DNA of 64,000 nucleotides from a virus (lineage: Duplodnaviria > Caudoviricetes), in the IMG/VR virus record IMGVR_UViG_3300025706_000022, positions 11,572-75,571 of that record; one strand, 5' to 3'. The notes beneath the pieces were generated by a model. It worked only from the letters and a program-made list of their open reading frames with translations, did no database searches and was not told the origin of the DNA. A program made the translations under genes and the position numbers. Positions 58,297 to 64,000 of the stretch are shown one piece after another. Position 1 is the stretch's first letter. Each line of letters begins with the position of its first letter.

Positions 58297-59601
58297 TTAG
58301 TTTCCTCGAATACGGATTTGAAACAACTACACGTGTCCATTACCTCAGTGGTAGGCTCCGGTAGAATCAGCTCTTGTAACTCATAGCCCAGTTGTTTTGC
58401 TACATCTGTAATCAGTAGAGGTTTAATAATATGCTGCAGCTCGTTATCACCAGTTACGGTAGTGAGTCCTGCATCGATAAATAGTTTATCATATGCAGCT
58501 CTTTGTGCAGCAAAATCACTGATTAAGAAGAAGCAATCATAGTGGCTCATAATCTGACTATAAGCTTCGTCTAACATAGTGAGACCACAACCATAACCAA
58601 TCTGGATTGTGTCTTCAATAGTCATTGGTTTCATTATTTCACCTTCTCCGTTTTACCAACTTTAGCAAAGCCAGTAGTAAACTCCTTACAAACGTGCTTT
58701 GTACCATTTTCAGTACGTAAGCTCCATCTACCTTTTCTATCCTGAATCCATCTAAGACCAGGCCTACCACAATACTTACAACTAGGTGGTACCCATGGCT
58801 CTTTCTCTTGATCGTCAGTAGGATCAGGCTCGAGATCACTTCCTAATGAATCAGAGATATAGTCTTCAGCACTCATTATGAGTCCAATACATCATCATTA
58901 GATTGATCTAACCAAGCCATCACATGATCAAACATCGATACACTTAACTCATCAGCCTCAGGGTCAGATACAAACTGATGTGTAGTGTTACCAGTATCGA
59001 ACTCAATAGCTATAATTTCATGATACTGATTTAAGAATGGCCTACAACGTTGTGCCATCCTACCACCAGTATAATGTGCAGGGCTATGATTATTCTCTGC
59101 ATGATGGAGGAGCCTACCCAATTCTCCAATATTCATTGCAATCAGACTTACATTTGATTTCATACTATCCCTATCTATTGATAAATAACAGATATGACGC
59201 TGATTTTCTTACCAATGCCTCTATATTTGTTAACAATTTCCTTCTCTGCTTGTTTATGCTTTCCTTTCGAGAAGAAATATGCGCTTTCCTCTTTTTGCTC
59301 TTTGAAACCTTCATCGTTAGTCACCCAAAATTTAACTACATATTCTTCAGTCTTAGAGAGAAGTGGTTTACTCACTTTTGACACAGTCATCCTTCCATTG
59401 AGTACAAATATTGTAGGTTCTGATTACTTTATTTTTCTTTAGAGTACATTTATCTATTACTCTAAATCTACAACTACCACAAGATGCATTAAGCTTTTCT
59501 AAGTCAGATATTGTAAGTAAGCTCTTCTTAGTATCGCTTGAACGCTCTTGATAACTATATAGCCTATCTCGTCTTGCCTTAGATTCAGAGACCATATTCA
59601 C
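58293..59601 (-). other. Run of small hypothetical genes (58293-58634, 58634-58876, 58876-59163, 59175-59390, 59368-59601)
   Basis: Tightly coupled minus-strand ORFs of 71-113 aa. Confidence 0.55.
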
Positions 59602-59816
59602 CCTTAGTAGTTAAATTGAGTAACCATATCTTTGCTTGTTCGATCATCCATAGAGCGCCTTGTTTATCCATCTTAGAGCTACGGGTAATAAGACAACCCT
59701 CTGCATCATATCCAAGTATTAACACATCAGCAAGATTATCAGACTCCGCCATTTTCTTGGCAGAGTCCAATGCTTGCATGACAGTATAATTATTACTAGC
59801 AGGCAAGTCAATAATC

Positions 59817-60314
59817 TTAGTCATCTGATACCGTATATCCAAAGGGTACAACACCATTAACGATAGATTGCCAATGAAGCCAAACAGAAGGATGAACCTC
59901 ATTACCAGTGGCCGCTACTTCATTGATATGCTTTTGTGCTTCATCCTTAAGATAATTCCAAGTATCAGTAGAGATAGTCTTTGCAAACTTATACTCCATT
60001 TGTGGAAATAACATATCATCAAGTTTAATAAGCTGCATTGGACCCTTATCACCAGTCCAATTACGGATGAACTCCCACATTACTGCACTTGCCTGAAATC
60101 CAGTAATACCACCTTGAGGCTTAGCGTTCATTGCCCAGGCGGCCCTAATAGCAGCTGCAGCTACTGCATGACAAATAGTACCGTAATCATGTTGAAAATC
60201 GTTATCGAGGTAATCAATAAGCGCATTGATGTTATCCTCTTGGCTATCCTTAGGCCGCTGATACCAACTCTTCACAATTTCAGTATCTTTTTCAGTAATA
60301 TGTACACGTCCCAT
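59817..60314 (-). CDS. Hypothetical protein
   Basis: Probable start MGRVHIT; HDYGTICHA...GGITGFQA. Confidence 0.55.
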   Translation of the reverse strand: MGRVHITEKDTEIVKSWYQRPKDSQEDNINALIDYLDNDFQHDYGTICHAVAAAAIRAAWAMNAKPQGGITGFQASAVMWEFIRNWTGDKGPMQLIKLDDMLFPQMEYKFAKTISTDTWNYLKDEAQKHINEVAATGNEVHPSVWLHWQSIVNGVVPFGYTVSDD

Positions 60315-60315
60315 T

Positions 60316-61176
60316 TTAATCCTCGAGGTTAAGAGTAAATCCTGCAGCGTTCCGATGACCACCACCACCATGCTTCTTAGCGATAACGGATACATCAAAC
60401 TCACCCACAGAGCGAAGAGAATTGATAATCTTATTCTCTTTATCATTAATGTAGTAGGTATGCGCATACTTAATACTAGGATTAACCAGACATAATTGAT
60501 TACCAACTTCACTACTAAGTGCAGCAGGGCAATTTACCTGAGCAATCTTATGCCCATCACCATCAATGGTAAACAAGGCATTTTTCATAGCGCTCCTAAC
60601 CTCTTGATCAGTCTTCTTGACAAGAATATTTCCAATATCAATTAACTCATCAATGTCATCGCTACTAATCCACCTAGCATAATCTTCTACATCACGACAG
60701 GCAAACCTAAGCCCTTCATTAATCTCTTTAGTTTTGGGAAGCTTGAACTGCCAACGATCACGATCATCTACTGCACGGATAATATCAGGACACTGCTCCC
60801 GATCCATCTCTTGGCAGAAATGTTCCCATGCAAGCATAGCACCTGACTTATTATTATCAAGAACAATATGGGTATATTTAGTCTCATCAACAAACAACTC
60901 ACGCTCTGTTCCAGCCCAGTTTTCAAAGGCAGTCTTGTGGTGATCCAGCCAAGTTAAATGTGAAGCCGTGTCAATAATCAAGCTCGTGATTTCTGCAGGA
61001 AAGGAGAAGTCAAGAATATAAACACGCCTCTCAGCGATTTTTGCAAAATCAAGCTCTTCACCGTAATGCATAGGGATATATTCAGCAGCCTGCCCCATAG
61101 CACGATAAGCACAGCCAGCGGCAGAAAGACCGTCAATACAGCCTTTATGGTAAATTACAACAGTATTAGTCATCAA
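60316..61176 (-). CDS. DHH/DHHA1 family phosphoesterase
   Basis: YH..C.DG, ILDFS, LDHHKT, SLRS, GGGHRNAAGF. Confidence 0.88.
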   Translation of the reverse strand: MMTNTVVIYHKGCIDGLSAAGCAYRAMGQAAEYIPMHYGEELDFAKIAERRVYILDFSFPAEITSLIIDTASHLTWLDHHKTAFENWAGTERELFVDETKYTHIVLDNNKSGAMLAWEHFCQEMDREQCPDIIRAVDDRDRWQFKLPKTKEINEGLRFACRDVEDYARWISSDDIDELIDIGNILVKKTDQEVRSAMKNALFTIDGDGHKIAQVNCPAALSSEVGNQLCLVNPSIKYAHTYYINDKENKIINSLRSVGEFDVSVIAKKHGGGGHRNAAGFTLNLED

Positions 61177-61597
61177 TCATCTCCTGTGGTTGAAGTGGGA
61201 CTTCTTTTAATCCGTACTTGTCTACTTGACGCTCAAAAAGCTTTTCTGTGTAATCAAACGCAAACTTACCACCTGTAACACGATCAACAGCATTCCTTGC
61301 TTCTACATAGCTTTCTGCCTCAACCACTGAATAGCAGTTGCATAGATTAGATCCTAGACCATATGTTACATAAAGTTTAACCATTATATCTTTCCTTTTA
61401 TACGAAGGTCACGGTATTGTGCCATAAATTTAATCCAGAACTTTGCTTGTAACTCTTCAAGTTTAAATTCCCTAACTTGTTCAAAGTCTACTGAGTTAGG
61501 GCTTTGAATTTCACATGCAGCAATATATGATTCATCTTGAAGTACAGCCATAGCTTCTTCAGTAATTTCAGCATAGCCAAAGGGATTATCAAATATC

Positions 61598-62494
61598 TCA
61601 GTCAGAAATGGAAGTCTTGTTGCTATTGTTTCTTGACGGAATCTTGATTGTATCTTCAAAAGACCAGCCACTATATAACCTATTGCGGAGTGTAGCAACT
61701 TTTTCATCTAGATATACCGCCCATTGTTCTAAAGTCATGCTTAGTCCATCATACTCATATATCTTACCCTTATCAATAGATTGAATCTGAGTAAGATTAT
61801 CTGGATGAACACCAATTTTCTTTCTATGCCTGATAGTAGATTCTTTGATGCCGGATAGTCTTGATAGCTGCCTAGTACCTTTAAATCGAAGCTTAGGTTC
61901 TGGTGCAATCAATCGTATCTCAGAGTTAGGAGTACATCCACATGATCTAATATTACCAGTCATTAATAAACTAGCAGCTAATGACATAATACTACCACAA
62001 TCACATTTACATTTCCAAAAGTCTTCTCTGATTTTAGCTTCATCAAATCTAAGCACTCTAATCATACCAAAGTGCCTATCAGTCAAATCCTGCCTATACA
62101 ATCTACCTTTACGTAATACTTGCGTTACAGGTAAGTTTTTTCTAATACGACTATCTATTGTAGCCTTAGGTAGCTTAAGCCTCTTAGCCCACTCAGTTAC
62201 AGTTAAAGTAGTCCCATGGAGTGTTAATACTTTCTCCTTACCTACTCTCCATCTAGTAGACGTAGGCCCAAAACAATCAGTACCAGGTACTCGATCCAAA
62301 TAACTATTATAGCCAGGCATTGATCCAATATCTTTAAGAAATACATCAAAATCTCTCCATGATGGATCAATAATAACTCCTAGTTTACCATTCCATTGCC
62401 AGGCTGGATAACTAGGATTATCACAAGCTGCTATCATTTCCTCCCATCTAGTTCTTTCACGATTATGGTGCACTCTAACACCTTGTATACTCAA
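61598..62494 (-). CDS. Degenerate, domain-shuffled HNH/AP2-class endonuclease-like protein
   Basis: WEEMIAACDNP...WRDFDVFLKDIG...LDRV...RW; DLTDRHFG...WKCKCDCG...SCGC; LTVTEWA repeats. Confidence 0.6.
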   Translation of the reverse strand: MSIQGVRVHHNRERTRWEEMIAACDNPSYPAWQWNGKLGVIIDPSWRDFDVFLKDIGSMPGYNSYLDRVPGTDCFGPTSTRWRVGKEKVLTLHGTTLTVTEWAKRLKLPKATIDSRIRKNLPVTQVLRKGRLYRQDLTDRHFGMIRVLRFDEAKIREDFWKCKCDCGSIMSLAASLLMTGNIRSCGCTPNSEIRLIAPEPKLRFKGTRQLSRLSGIKESTIRHRKKIGVHPDNLTQIQSIDKGKIYEYDGLSMTLEQWAVYLDEKVATLRNRLYSGWSFEDTIKIPSRNNSNKTSISD

Positions 62495-62849
62495 ACTTAT
62501 TACAGAAATCAGACTCTAACCTGGTAAATGTATTTCCAACATTATTTTTATAAGTAACTGCCAAGTCATCCTCAATCCACTTACCATTTAGTTTTATAGT
62601 AGAAATTGAGATAACCTCATAAACCAATGAGTTCTTTTTATTACGGAATTTACTACCAACAGTTACAATCATTTCTTGTCCTTTTGTTTAAACCAAATAT
62701 CAGGGACTGGACACATAAGAGGAGACTTTATTGTTGCAGCCTCCGTCCTAAGTATCCACTTATTTCGCCAAGACTCAGGGGCAAGGTCATTAGTACACAT
62801 AACCTCAACTCCTCCAAGTACTTGGCGAAAATCACAATGAGCACATTGT

Positions 62850-63134
62850 CTACAGTACTTGATCGTCATTATCAAGTTCAATGCTGATATCTACTGCAGC
62901 CTGACGCTTAGCCCATTCATCAATTTGTTCCTTAGTCATATCATCAGGGCAGTATTCAAACATAAGCTCGTCAATACGTGCTTGTTTTGCATCTACATCA
63001 GCTTGCCTAGCAAGCTTACCTTGCTTTACACCATCCTCATAACATTGCTTTCGCATCTCATGGATGTTACCAGGAAACCATCCTGGATTTTTGTTTAGAA
63101 AGTGTTCCCAATACTCTTCATAGTCACTGAACAT
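62850..63134 (-). CDS. Hypothetical protein
   Basis: 94 aa, AKQARIDELMFEYCPDDMT. Confidence 0.55.
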   Translation of the reverse strand: MFSDYEEYWEHFLNKNPGWFPGNIHEMRKQCYEDGVKQGKLARQADVDAKQARIDELMFEYCPDDMTKEQIDEWAKRQAAVDISIELDNDDQVL

Positions 63135-63148
63135 TGTTTCTCCTTAGT

Positions 63149-63802
63149 TTACTTGTTTCGTACACAGTATAGGTTAGAGCCTATAGCAATAGGCTCAAAG
63201 AGTGTGATAATATCATATCCGCTAGCCTTATCATGTCCTTGATAACATGCAATAGGCTCACCGAGCCACGCCTTAAGTGCGGAGTCGTCTGGCTGGATGG
63301 CGAGTGCTTTCACAAAATCCAACATTTCCTCGTTATCAGCTTCCGTTACGTGCATCGGAAAAGCGTCCATCCACCAACGCAATCCGTTATGGGCAGCTTC
63401 AAGAGCCTCGTCCTTCAGCTTGCACGCGGCGAGGGCTGCGGCGAGTTGCTGGTGCATCTGCTCGATCTGCGCGGTTTGCTCCATCTTCCCGGCCAATTCT
63501 GCATACTCGTAGCTTTCGAGCCACTGCCTTTGCACAGACTCAACGTCGCCTGATGGGCATTTGTCATATAGCCACTTTTCAAGTGCAGCCTGTTCTATGT
63601 CTTCACTGGCCTCCCGCTTCCCGGCCTCGTAGGCTTCGGTTAGTTGGTCGGCGGTGTGGAGAGGAACGGCTTTCCAGCCAACCTGCCTATCCCATTGGTC
63701 GAGGTTCTGACAGGCTTCTGTTTTCGTAATCTCTGCTAAGTGCAGATGACCATCTGGATCGGATTGCACAAAAGCAACCGGCTCGAATTTCGGCATTGTC
63801 AT
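63149..63802 (-). CDS. Hypothetical protein, largely GC-rich (mosaic)
   Basis: 217-aa ORF whose body is visibly GC-richer than flanking DNA. Confidence 0.6.
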   Translation of the reverse strand: MTMPKFEPVAFVQSDPDGHLHLAEITKTEACQNLDQWDRQVGWKAVPLHTADQLTEAYEAGKREASEDIEQAALEKWLYDKCPSGDVESVQRQWLESYEYAELAGKMEQTAQIEQMHQQLAAALAACKLKDEALEAAHNGLRWWMDAFPMHVTEADNEEMLDFVKALAIQPDDSALKAWLGEPIACYQGHDKASGYDIITLFEPIAIGSNLYCVRNK

Positions 63803-64000
63803 TTCAGTTTCCTATAATAGTCGTTTTTGCGTAAGAAGCATTTGGTCCGTAGTGGCTCTGACTATGATCGCGACTCATTCTACTTTCTCCTTTGACTCTG
63901 TAGATAACATCCTCCGTGCGTCCTCCGCATGTCGCTCAAAATCCGAATGTCGTGTCGAGTACAGGGCGTCTTTCTTTTTTGCAAATGCCTCGTGGATCGA

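Noticed and set aside
828-63729. Plus-strand ORFs in the track (e.g. 2984-3463, 31389-32318, 26785-27417, 51803-52342)
   Set aside because: They are antisense shadows of well-supported minus-strand genes, with no RBS pattern or recognisable motifs.
1-64000. CRISPR array, integrase/att sites, rRNA
   Set aside because: No regularly spaced repeats or recombinase motifs seen in this window.

Overview
A 64 kb slice of an AT-rich tailed dsDNA phage genome with siphovirus-type morphogenesis genes; no integrase, repressor or lysis cassette was recognised in the window. Essentially every credible gene is on the minus strand. In transcription order (64 kb towards 1) the window holds: (1) a replication/metabolism block with DHH phosphoesterase, T7 gp6-like exonuclease, GIY-YIG, T7 gp4-like primase-helicase and ATP-dependent ligase; (2) a very AT-rich non-coding gap with short repeats, a candidate origin; (3) packaging and head genes (TerS?, Ig/lectin-like protein, TerL, portal, scaffold, major capsid); (4) the tail module (major tail, lambda-type G/GT frameshift chaperone, 2219-aa tape measure with an embedded lambda-R-type lysozyme, Dit, hub, J-like tip, fibres); (5) a small cluster of secreted Gly/Ala/Ser-rich proteins; (6) a structured non-coding gap; (7) small envelope-targeted genes, tRNA-Leu(UAA), a compact 714-aa T7-family RNA polymerase and an Rha-like regulator. 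The standout feature is between portal and scaffold. The MuF/SPP1-gp7-type minor head gene continues in frame into a second T7-family RNA polymerase (about 1561 aa after splicing). That gene is interrupted by two HNH-carrying group I introns, one in catalytic motif B and one in motif C. I infer a two-polymerase siphovirus whose virion RNAP is packaged through a MuF tag. Two repeated intergenic motifs are candidate phage promoters. All family assignments come from motif recognition by eye; no searches were run.
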